This document shows, in pieces, positions 1 through 7,219 of a stretch of 59,364 bases of DNA; position 1 is the stretch's first letter; every line of letters begins with the position of its first letter. Under the pieces are notes generated by a model. That model had not been told where the DNA came from. It ran no database searches and saw only the letters and a program-made list of their open reading frames with translations. The stretch is from Candidatus Peribacteraceae bacterium (GTDB taxonomy: Bacteria > Patescibacteriota > Gracilibacteria > Peribacterales > Peribacteraceae): NCBI GenBank assembly GCA_028707875.1, contig JAQWAC010000003.1, positions 1 through 59,364 of the forward strand, in the 5' to 3' direction. The position numbers were made by a program, and so were the translations under genes.

Positions 1-156
1 CTCGTTCTTCGCAATCGGCATCTCCCCCGCCTTCTTGATCTTCTTAAACCCCCAATCCACCGCCAGATCCGCAAGGTGCTGGAGCGTCGCGAGCGTCTGT
101 CCGATCGCCCGCGGGACGGGCTCCCTGCCGATTGCCGGAGATGTGTGGTCCTTCAT
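1..156 (-). CDS. Hypothetical protein, N-terminal part only (gene runs off the left edge)
   Basis: ATG at 156-154 on the minus strand, open for 52 codons to position 1 (MKDHTSPAIGREPVPRAIGQTLATLQHLADLAVDWGFKKIKKAGEMPIAKNE). It starts 13 nt after the stop of 169..606. Too short for the ORF track. Confidence 0.35.
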   Translation of the reverse strand, partial: MKDHTSPAIGREPVPRAIGQTLATLQHLADLAVDWGFKKIKKAGEMPIAKNE

Positions 157-168
157 GGCGAAAGAAAA

Positions 169-606
169 CTACGCGCGGAGGAGGAGTGTCCCTTCATCGA
201 TCACCTTGTCGACCTTGAGTCCCACTTCCTGACCCTTTTCCGCCATACTGAGCGGCATGTGGTCCTTTTGGATGGAGAGGGCTTTCTGCGTGAACTCGAT
301 CCGTCCGCGCTTGAGGCGGATCGTGTCCCCGATCTTCAGGTTCTCCTCGAGCGCCACGACGGCGACACCGATGCGGTCGTAGTAGTGCGTGACCTTGCCG
401 ATCACCTTCTCCGCAGTCTTGCGGATGAGCGCTTTCTTCGCCTTGGAGACGTTCTTTGTCTTCTTTGCCTTCTTCGCCTTCTTCTTCGTGACCTTCTTCG
501 CCTTCCGAACCTTCTTTACCGCCTTCCTCGCCTTCTTCTTCGTTGTCTTCTTCACCTTCCTCTTCAGAACCTTCTTCGCTTTCTTCTTGGAGCGGGCTTT
601 GGCCAT
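169..606 (-). CDS. Lys-rich N-terminal tail fused to an EF-Tu domain-2-like beta-barrel (translation-factor-like small protein)
   Basis: ORF track, 145 aa. The first ~60 aa are a KKKAKK-type basic tail. The C-terminal part (GKVTHYYDRIGVAVVALEENLKIGDTIRLKRG...GQEVGLKV) resembles stand-alone EF-Tu D2-like barrels. TTTACA-18-TAGAAT lies upstream on the minus strand. Confidence 0.75.
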   Translation of the reverse strand: MAKARSKKKAKKVLKRKVKKTTKKKARKAVKKVRKAKKVTKKKAKKAKKTKNVSKAKKALIRKTAEKVIGKVTHYYDRIGVAVVALEENLKIGDTIRLKRGRIEFTQKALSIQKDHMPLSMAEKGQEVGLKVDKVIDEGTLLLRA

Positions 607-734
607 GGGAGATGGGGGGAATGAGACAATCCCATTCTATGCCCGACGCAAAGCAGTTGTAAAATCTGACTATTTCTTTTACAGAAGCCAAAAAAGCAAT
701 TATTGACGGATTTGTTTTTCTAAGGGCAAACCAC

Positions 735-968
735 TCATTCCCCTCTTGTTCTGCCCTGACGCTTCCGCCCTTCGGAACCTCTGTCTCCAAAGGTGAGCAG
801 AAGCCGGCTGGCCTCAGCGTAATAGTACCCGCTCATCCTGTTGATGCGGCTCCGGACTGCTGCATGCACCTCTTTCGGCAGTCTCCGCATCTGCGCGAGC
901 CGATCTACGAACATGTGGTCATCCTGAATCGCAACGAGATCCGTGATGTTGGAAATCTTCTTCTGCAT
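735..968 (-). CDS. Small hypothetical protein (77 aa)
   Basis: Internal ATG (968) of the otherwise implausible 735..1658 ORF (MQKKISNITDLVAIQDDHMFVDRLAQMRRLPKEV...). Divergent from the CPBP gene. No recognisable domain. Confidence 0.3.
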   Translation of the reverse strand: MQKKISNITDLVAIQDDHMFVDRLAQMRRLPKEVHAAVRSRINRMSGYYYAEASRLLLTFGDRGSEGRKRQGRTRGE

Positions 969-1034
969 GGAAGCAGTGTAGCCAGTCCGTCGCTCTCTGC
1001 TACACTCTCCGACGACTTTTTCCCCTGCAGTTTC

Positions 1035-1934
1035 ATGAATCTCCGCCCCCTGCGCCGCGCGCTCACCTTCACGATGTTCACCTATCTCGTAAGTTTTGTC
1101 GTTCTGACGCTCTACTTCCTCTTCGGCGGGAAGTGGGTGGCACCGGGATCGCTCTTCCTTGCGCTGACGTACATGTTCATCCCGATGACAGTCGCCATCG
1201 TGCTGCAGAAGTGGGTCTACCGTGAATCGCTTGCAAAAGGTCTCCTCCTCTCCCGAAAGGTGAACCGTTGGTACCTCATTGCATGGCTCCTGCCGCTCGC
1301 GATCGCCCTGCTCGCGTTCGTCTGCAGTTTCCTCATTCCCGGAGTCACCTTCACGCCCGGCATGGAGGGAATGATTGAACGCTTCGCTTCGCTCTTCACT
1401 CCCGAACAGATTACGCAGATGAAGGAGCAGATCGCACTGGCCCCCGTCCACCCGTTCTGGCTGGCGCTCGTGCAGGGGTTGCTGGCCGGCGCCACGGTGA
1501 ATGCCGTCGCGGCCTTCGGTGAGGAGGCGGGTTGGCGCGGCTTCCTTCTTACGAATCTGAAGCATGTGCACTTCTGGAAGGCTTCGCTCTTCATCGGTGT
1601 CGTCTGGGGATTCTGGCACGCGCCGTTGATTCTTCTCGGTCACAACTACCCGCAGCACCCCGTCGCGGGCGTCTTCATGATGACGATCTGGACGGTGTTG
1701 CTCACGCCGCTCATGTGCTACGTGACGCTCCGCGCGAAGTCCGTGCTGGCCGCCGCATTATTTCACGGCTCCCTCAACGGGACGTTCGGTCTTGCCCTCC
1801 TCCTCATTCGCGGCGGAAGCGATCTCACCGTGGGCGTGACCGGACTTGCCGGGTTCGTCGCGCTGGCACTTCTGAATCTCGGTCTCTTCCTGCTGCTGAA
1901 GAAGAAAATTCTCCCGCAGCCGGTCTTCGCGTAG
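1035..1934 (+). CDS. CPBP (CAAX) family intramembrane glutamic endopeptidase
   Basis: Motifs EEAGWRGF, FWHAP and HGSLN, with multiple TM helices. The first sensible ATG is 1035 (MNLRPLRRALTF...) rather than the track start 864. Confidence 0.85.
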   Translation: MNLRPLRRALTFTMFTYLVSFVVLTLYFLFGGKWVAPGSLFLALTYMFIPMTVAIVLQKWVYRESLAKGLLLSRKVNRWYLIAWLLPLAIALLAFVCSFLIPGVTFTPGMEGMIERFASLFTPEQITQMKEQIALAPVHPFWLALVQGLLAGATVNAVAAFGEEAGWRGFLLTNLKHVHFWKASLFIGVVWGFWHAPLILLGHNYPQHPVAGVFMMTIWTVLLTPLMCYVTLRAKSVLAAALFHGSLNGTFGLALLLIRGGSDLTVGVTGLAGFVALALLNLGLFLLLKKKILPQPVFA

Positions 1935-1937
1935 GTT

Positions 1938-1973
1938 GTTTCAACGTCTTCCTTATAGGAAGACGGTTGAAAC
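1938..1973 (+). terminator. Hairpin after the CPBP gene (GTTTCAACGTCTTCC-ttata-GGAAGACGGTTGAAAC, one bulge), no T-run
   Basis: Read directly, 4 nt after the TAG at 1932-1934. Confidence 0.4.
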
Positions 1974-2015
1974 CCGCAAAAGTTCGCTATACTGCAGCAC
2001 AGCTCCGTAACCTTC

Positions 2016-3158
2016 ATGGATTACAACGCAGAATCCCTTCGGCTCCACGCAGAGAAGCACGGCAAGCTTCAGGTGAGTTCCCTGTTCCCTCTGGAGAACC
2101 GCGACGATCTCTCTGTCGCTTACACGCCGGGCGTGGCCGCACCGTGTCTGGAAATCGCCGCTCATCCCGAAGATGTCTTCAAGTACACGATCAAGTCGCA
2201 TACGGTCGCCGTGATCACGGACGGTTCCGCCGTGCTGGGATTGGGCAACATCGGAGCGAAGGCGTCCCTCCCCGTCATGGAGGGCAAGTGTGCGCTCTTC
2301 AAGAAGTTCGCGGGGGTTGACGCGTTTCCCATCGCTCTCGATACGCAGGATCCCGATGAAATCGTCCGCACGGTCCGGATGATCGCTCCGGTCTTCGGCG
2401 GGATCAATCTGGAAGACATTTCCGCACCACGCTGCATTCAAATCGAGCAACAGTTGAGTTCCCTCCTCGATATCCCCGTCTTCCACGATGATCAGCACGG
2501 AACGGCGACCGTGGTGCTCGCGGGTCTCCTCAATGCCATGAAAGTGGTGGGAAAGGAGATTGGCAAAGCACGGATTGTCATCTCCGGAGCGGGGGCCGCG
2601 GGTTCGGCGATCGTGCGACTGCTCCATTCGTACGGCGTCGGCGATATCATCGTGACGGATTCGCGGGGAATCGTGAGTCCGCATCGCGCGGATATGGGAT
2701 GGCTGAAGAACTTCCTCGCCGCGTTCACCAATAAGAGCGGAGCCTGCTGCATGCTCTTTGATGCATTGAAGGATGCGGATGTCTTCATCGGCGTGAGCAA
2801 GCCGGGGGTCCTGAAGCCGGAGATGATCGCCCAGATGGCGAGAGATCCCGTCATTTTCGCACTCGCCAATCCGACTCCCGAGATGATGCCGGAAGAAGCG
2901 AAGGCGGCGGGGGCGGCCGTGATTGCGACGGGACGGAGTGACTATCCCAACCAACTCAATAACGTGCTCGCGTTCCCCGGCATCTTCAAGGGTGCTCTGG
3001 AGGCACGCATCCGGCGCATTTCACCGGGGATGATGGTGGCGGCGGCGGAGGCACTGGCCGCGATGGTGCCGCATCCGACAGCGGAGAACATCATTCCCTC
3101 GGTATTCGAGGAGGGCGTGGCGAAGAGGGTGGCGACGGCAGTACGAAGCCTTGCCTGA
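2016..3158 (+). CDS. NAD(P)-dependent malic enzyme (short form)
   Basis: 380 aa with AYTPGVA, ITDGSAVLGLGNIG, GINLEDI and GAGAAG Rossmann motifs typical of malic enzymes. Confidence 0.92.
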   Translation: MDYNAESLRLHAEKHGKLQVSSLFPLENRDDLSVAYTPGVAAPCLEIAAHPEDVFKYTIKSHTVAVITDGSAVLGLGNIGAKASLPVMEGKCALFKKFAGVDAFPIALDTQDPDEIVRTVRMIAPVFGGINLEDISAPRCIQIEQQLSSLLDIPVFHDDQHGTATVVLAGLLNAMKVVGKEIGKARIVISGAGAAGSAIVRLLHSYGVGDIIVTDSRGIVSPHRADMGWLKNFLAAFTNKSGACCMLFDALKDADVFIGVSKPGVLKPEMIAQMARDPVIFALANPTPEMMPEEAKAAGAAVIATGRSDYPNQLNNVLAFPGIFKGALEARIRRISPGMMVAAAEALAAMVPHPTAENIIPSVFEEGVAKRVATAVRSLA

Positions 3159-3171
3159 GAAAAATGGAACG

Positions 3172-3220
3172 AATGGATCATGGAAAATTGAGAATGGATA
3201 GTTGTTGCTCATGATCCATT
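3172..3220 (+). repeat. AT-rich inverted repeat (AATGGATCATG ... CATGATCCATT) carrying AATGGA motifs, 14 nt after the malic enzyme stop
   Basis: 11-bp perfect arms read directly. Member of the AATGGA(T/A)AAT motif family (see findings). Confidence 0.45.
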
Positions 3221-3329
3221 TCACAACATTGTCTTCGGTTTTCTGTTTAGAAATTTTCGGTTATGAAAGATTTTTTTGTGAACGGGATACGAAAATTCTC
3301 TCTTCGATCACAATTTGGAATCAAAAGCC

Positions 3330-3359
3330 TTGCATCCAAGTGGTGTACGAGTGTACACT
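3330..3359 (+). promoter_or_regulatory. Promoter TTGCAT-18-TACACT overlapping the dyad GGTGTAcgagtgTACACT (3342-3359)
   Basis: The -10 lies 6 nt before ATG 3366. The dyad matches the two recA-upstream palindromes in 11 of 12 positions. Confidence 0.45.
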
Positions 3360-3365
3360 TTGCAC

Positions 3366-3596
3366 ATGCTTACGACGGAGCTTCAGTCACGGCCTCTCTC
3401 GCCCCTTTCCAGGGTGGTCATCGACTGCTCCCGGTTTCAGGATTTCGCGGAAAACGGCCTTCTGGACTGGGTTCGTTCCTGTCCGCAGAGCGGTTCCGTA
3501 CATGTCATTCTGCCCTCGGGGCGACGCCAGCCGGCCTACCGGCAGCTCCTGAGTTCCCTCCGGATTCTGGGATGTCAGGTTACGGCACGTTTATAA
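3366..3596 (+). CDS. Small hypothetical protein (76 aa)
   Basis: Internal ATG of track ORF 3315..3596 (MLTTELQSRPLSPLSRVVIDCSRFQDFAENGLLDWVRSCPQSG...). Backbone-like codon usage and a promoter immediately upstream. No recognisable domain. Confidence 0.4.
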   Translation: MLTTELQSRPLSPLSRVVIDCSRFQDFAENGLLDWVRSCPQSGSVHVILPSGRRQPAYRQLLSSLRILGCQVTARL

Positions 3597-3647
3597 TTCC
3601 GTAACTTTTCTGTAACAAATCAAATCTTCCCCCGTTTCTATCACCCA

Positions 3648-3797
3648 ATGTCCAAAGATACCCGCAACATCGGCCTCGCGTTTCTCGCCTCGATCATCCT
3701 GACCGCAGGCGTGGCCCTTGCTGCGGATTTGCTCTTCGCGTCACAGGTGTCGGAGACGGCGTGCTTCAAGTCCTACACAATGGCGTGCGTTTTCTGA
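3648..3797 (+). CDS. Possible 49-aa membrane peptide
   Basis: ATG 3648 to TGA 3795-3797: MSKDTRNIGLAFLASIILTAGVALAADLLFASQVSETACFKSYTMACVF. One TM helix and a C-terminal Cys-X8-Cys. Below the ORF-track size cut-off. Confidence 0.3.
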   Translation: MSKDTRNIGLAFLASIILTAGVALAADLLFASQVSETACFKSYTMACVF

Positions 3798-3830
3798 TCG
3801 ATGCAGAGCCAAAATAATGGATTATGATGA

Positions 3831-3858
3831 TTGACACCGTGAATCTGTCATTTAGTGT
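3831..3858 (+). promoter_or_regulatory. Promoter-like TTGACA-16-TAGTGT, about 234 nt upstream of the HNH-motif gene
   Basis: Read directly. No convincing ORF lies between it and ATG 4093. Confidence 0.35.
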
Positions 3859-4092
3859 TGGATCACTTTGAGGACGGGAGATCCGTGTGTGAGTAACTTT
3901 CGGTGGGTTACAGGCGTGGCCCAAGACAATCCGATCATCTCACCATTGGAGCCCTCCGGTTCCAAACCCTACGGACCCCTCAGGTCCCGTCAATCTCTTC
4001 CCTCAAAGTACGGGGGTGTACAGCAGCATGCGCCGTCTGTCCCCCCATTTTATGTTTACAGTCCGGTGTCCCATTGGTAGCGTCCGCCCCCA

Positions 4093-4839
4093 ATGCCAGA
4101 ATCGGACATCACCGAGCATCACTGCGTTCCGCATTCTTTTGACGGAGCGGCCACAAGAGTAAACCTTTCCAAGGTCACTCAGGCGGAGCACAACAGCTTT
4201 CACCAGATGACGGGGCATTCCCCTCCAGATTTCTTCCTGCGACGGTTCCTCATCGGCAGCGTCGGATGGATGGACCAGAAGGGACGCTCTCTCTCCCCGA
4301 GTCTGTATCAGGATGTTCTCTCCATTCTCACGCCGAACGACTGGCGTGATCTCTATCAGACGGGAACCTTCATTGTCCCGCACGGTCGTGATCAGGGGGA
4401 GGCCCTTCGTAAAGCCAAAGCAGCGTTCCACGTTGCGTGGTATCTGGACCGCGAAATGAGCCTCATCATGGATCAGATCGGCCTCCTTGGCATTCACAAG
4501 CTTCCGCCGTATGGCACGGTGCAGGAAATGCAGGGCATTCATCACTTCTTCGGGAAGGATCGGCCGCACGTCCTCATGCGGACATTTCTTCTCGACGGAC
4601 AGGATGCAGGGGAGCTGAAGTGGGTGAAGTCTCTGCGTGAAGATGTCCGACAGGAACTCCTTACAGTTCTGCGCACCACAAAGCTGGAGCGCCTCACCTC
4701 CAACGGTTCCAGTCAGCGTATTTTCGATCTTCTGCTCGATCATCACTCACGTCTGGTGGAATGTACGAAAAACTGGCAGCCCAATCTTCGCAATCATGCA
4801 GTCACCCTGAAGCAGATGTTGAGCGAACGTTTGCAGTAA
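4093..4839 (+). CDS. Hypothetical protein with an N-terminal HNH-nuclease-like motif
   Basis: 248 aa. Residues 9-41 (HHCVPHSFDGAATRVNLSKVTQAEHNSFHQM) fit the HH-x-P-x-S..G...NL....H...H pattern of HNH nucleases. The remaining ~200 aa match no family I recognise. Preferred over the antisense ORF 4003..4746. Confidence 0.7.
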   Translation: MPESDITEHHCVPHSFDGAATRVNLSKVTQAEHNSFHQMTGHSPPDFFLRRFLIGSVGWMDQKGRSLSPSLYQDVLSILTPNDWRDLYQTGTFIVPHGRDQGEALRKAKAAFHVAWYLDREMSLIMDQIGLLGIHKLPPYGTVQEMQGIHHFFGKDRPHVLMRTFLLDGQDAGELKWVKSLREDVRQELLTVLRTTKLERLTSNGSSQRIFDLLLDHHSRLVECTKNWQPNLRNHAVTLKQMLSERLQ

Positions 4840-4840
4840 C

Positions 4841-4932
4841 GCGGAAGGGCCACCTACGGTGTCCCTCCCACGGGCCCACCCTTCCCTAAATGGTTGCGCT
4901 CCAGGCGGGCAAAGCCCGCCTTCGCGTAATTG
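4841..4932 (+). repeat. Structured repeat R2, copy 1
   Basis: GGAAGGGCCACCTACGGTGTCCCTCCCACGGGCCCACCCTTCCCT...GCGCTCC-AGGCGGGC-aaa-GCCCGCCT-TCGCG. It starts 2 nt after the TAA at 4837-4839. Confidence 0.75.
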
Positions 4933-4934
4933 AT

Positions 4935-5566
4935 TTATGTTGGAAAAAGTGTTTTTCTCAGAAGTTGCATAAACCCCATCCAAAATATTGCGATTGAAAG
5001 TGCAATAATAAAATAGGTTTGAGGGGCATGCTGTAATTTAATTTCTCCATTAATAATTAGCGGAATTGGCGTCTTTTTTCCCAACCTTTCAAGATCGGAC
5101 AAATAGTCCTTTGGACAATGACCAGGAACCATTATCTCATACTGATTAAACTGATTAACATCAATCTCTGGAGGTAAACATTCATTATCCATTGCATTCA
5201 ATAATCTCACCTCAGACTTCCCCGCAGAATTTTTTAATATCAAAAACGGAGGTTCTAAAATGGGATAATGGGGCTTGAAAATTCTAGTGGTACAAAAGGA
5301 ATAATTAAGTAGTGTCACCGGCAATCTCAAGGTTTTTGCAATTGGGCTTTCCATTAATAGATGAACATTATCAAGATCATTGCCGTTCACTAGCTTCCAA
5401 TTTTGGCCGGTATCATTGCTGGTGTAGCAAAAATATTTTCCATCAGCAGTTTCTGTGAGTTGCCCTGATAGCGGCTCAAATGGAATTGTGTATGGAGGCC
5501 AAATCCAATAAATGAAAAAAGTAATTGGAACAAAAATTAATTAGAAGCCAAAGCAAACGGAGACAT
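4935..5566 (-). pseudogene. AT-rich membrane protein gene with an Asp-box, apparently frameshifted near its 5' end
   Basis: Track ORF 4935..5390 starts at GTG, but the frame stays open 50 more codons (LIFVPITFFIYWIWPPYTIPFEPLSGQLTETADGKYFCYTSNDTGQNWKL) up to the TAA at 5543-5541 with no start codon. An ATG at 5566 abuts the tyrS stop and is in another frame (MSPFALASN*). The two frames meet in the A/T run 5531-5545. Confidence 0.45.
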
Positions 5567-6739
5567 CTAATTCTTTTCATAATGAATCATTAAAAACTTC
5601 CTCTTCCCCACCTTCACCAATCCCGCCTCCGACTTTGCTTCCACGGAGGACACAACTTTCCCATCAATGGAAACACCGCCCTGCTCAATGAGGCGTCGTG
5701 CCTCGGACTTGCTCGGTGCCAACTTGCCCTGCACGAGAACATCAATGAGCGGCGTTCCCTTCTTCACTTTCAACTCCGGAACATCATCGGGGATGCCTTT
5801 GTCCTTGAAGACTTTGGAAAACTCCGCCTCCGCCTTCTGTGCGGCGGCCGCCCCGTGATAGAGCGTCACGATCTCGCGTGCGAGACGTGCTTTGTGATCC
5901 TTGGGATTGGCACCCTTCTCCATCTCCTTCTTCGCTGCGGCAATCTCCTCCATGGGAATCCCCGTGCAACACTCCATGTAGGTGAGGATCAGCTCGTCCT
6001 TCACACTCATGATCTTGCCGTACATGTCGTTCGGCTCGTCCTCGATGTAGACGCAGTTGTTGTACGTCTTGCTCATCTTGCGACCGTCCGTGCCCTCGAT
6101 GAGGCGCGTGGTGAGGACGAACTTCTCCCGCTTGCCGAAGGCCTGCTGGAGCGTCCTGCCGCAGAGCATGTTGAAAAGCTGATCGTTGCCCCCCACTTCA
6201 AAGTCCACATCCAGTATGACGGAATCGTAGCCCTGCATGAGTGGATACAGGAACTCGTGGAGTGCGATGGGATTGTCCTCCTTGATGCGACGCTGGAACA
6301 TCTCACGCACCATCATCTGCTGCACGGTGAAGTTGCTCGCAATCTTCACGATCTCGTCGAACTTCAGTTTCCCCAGCCACTCATGGTTGTAGACGATCTT
6401 CACTTTGGAGAAGTCCAGAATCTTCTCCGCTTGTTTCTTGTACGTCTGAAAGTTCTTCTCCACCTGTTCCAGCGTGAGCGGCTCGCGCAGCTGGTTTCGA
6501 CCGGAGGGATCGCCGATCGTCGCCGTGAAGCTTCCAATAAGGAAGATCACCTCATGACCGGCATCCTGAAAGGCTTTGAGCTTGCGGAGCGGGACGGAGT
6601 GACCGATGTGCAGTTTGGCGCCCGTCGGATCGATCCCGAGGTACAGGCGCAGAGGCTTGCCTGATTGAATCTTATCCTCCGCAAGCTTCTCGGGGACCAC
6701 TTTTTCCACGGCGCGGGTGAGGAGTTCATGGGTTGCCAT
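5567..6739 (-). CDS. tyrS: Tyrosine--tRNA ligase
   Basis: MATHELLTRAVEK..., HIGH motif (LHIGH), KMSKS motif (KMSKT) and a C-terminal S4-like domain. Start at ATG 6739. The track start 7093 reads through a repeat. Confidence 0.95.
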   Translation of the reverse strand: MATHELLTRAVEKVVPEKLAEDKIQSGKPLRLYLGIDPTGAKLHIGHSVPLRKLKAFQDAGHEVIFLIGSFTATIGDPSGRNQLREPLTLEQVEKNFQTYKKQAEKILDFSKVKIVYNHEWLGKLKFDEIVKIASNFTVQQMMVREMFQRRIKEDNPIALHEFLYPLMQGYDSVILDVDFEVGGNDQLFNMLCGRTLQQAFGKREKFVLTTRLIEGTDGRKMSKTYNNCVYIEDEPNDMYGKIMSVKDELILTYMECCTGIPMEEIAAAKKEMEKGANPKDHKARLAREIVTLYHGAAAAQKAEAEFSKVFKDKGIPDDVPELKVKKGTPLIDVLVQGKLAPSKSEARRLIEQGGVSIDGKVVSSVEAKSEAGLVKVGKRKFLMIHYEKN

Positions 6740-6941
6740 AAGTAACTTCAGGATACAGCCTCTTTTCGTTGAGAAACAGATATTTATTGATGGGAGGCCC
6801 GACGCCACGGGGGGTGAAGGGGAAGGCCCTGCCCAGCAGCCGCGGGGTGCGCCGACGAGGCAGCTCCGAATCCTTGTAGGAGCTGACGAGGAGGCACAGG
6901 GCCGGGCGGAGCTGGGGCTGGCGGCGGTGCGCTTCTCTTTG

Positions 6942-6976
6942 CAACTTTCTCTTGTCGGGCAGACAAGAGAAAGTTG
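6942..6976. other. Perfect 15-bp hairpin (CAACTTTCTCTTGTC-gggca-GACAAGAGAAAGTTG) in the tyrS upstream region
   Basis: Read directly. About 200 nt upstream of the tyrS ATG and adjacent to repeat R1. Confidence 0.6.
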
Positions 6977-7160
6977 GATCAAACGTCCGTAGGATGACGT
7001 GATCAAATTGCCTTTCTTTTTCTGTCGGGGGCCTAGGGCACCTTGTCCGGTTCCCTCAGGCCCCCGACACCCCCTCACCCTCCTGACGGCCAAGCACGGA
7101 AATTTTGTTGGTTGTTTTTTTCATTAAAAATGGTATGCAGGGGCGGGTGGTGGCGGGCCT
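6977..7160 (-). repeat. Structured repeat R1, copy A (minus orientation)
   Basis: The reverse complement is about 90% identical by eye over ~140 nt to 19770-19913, with weaker similarity extending to ~7160. Confidence 0.7.
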
Positions 7161-7219
7161 CTCCAGTTGATTTATTTTCGTTGCAAGCAAATGTGGTCAA
7201 TTTCTGTCACACTGTCCTT

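Noticed and set aside
3868-4142. Pro-rich 70-aa and 79-aa ORFs in the spacer before the HNH-motif gene.
   Set aside because: They have TTG or weak starts, low-complexity Pro/Ser/Arg composition and no translation signals. The stretch is treated as a leader or possible ncRNA instead.
4003-4746. 247-aa minus-strand ORF overlapping the HNH-motif gene.
   Set aside because: The plus-strand frame carries a coherent HNH signature and backbone-like third-position bias. The minus-strand product is motif-free, and its end would run into the untranslated stretch.
6740-7000. T-box riboswitch upstream of tyrS.
   Set aside because: No T-box consensus (GGTGGTACCGCG-like) and no terminator/antiterminator pair were found on the minus strand. 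Only a TAC-containing hairpin loop is present, which is insufficient.
6740-7093. N-terminal extensions of the tyrS ORF (to 7093) and of the rluD ORF (from 7043).
   Set aside because: The extensions read through repeat R1 and GC-rich hairpins. Homology-type sequence begins at MATHELL (6739) and MSTWTAE (7220). The same repeat translates to a similar pseudo-peptide (MAVRRVRG...) at 19799, where no gene exists.
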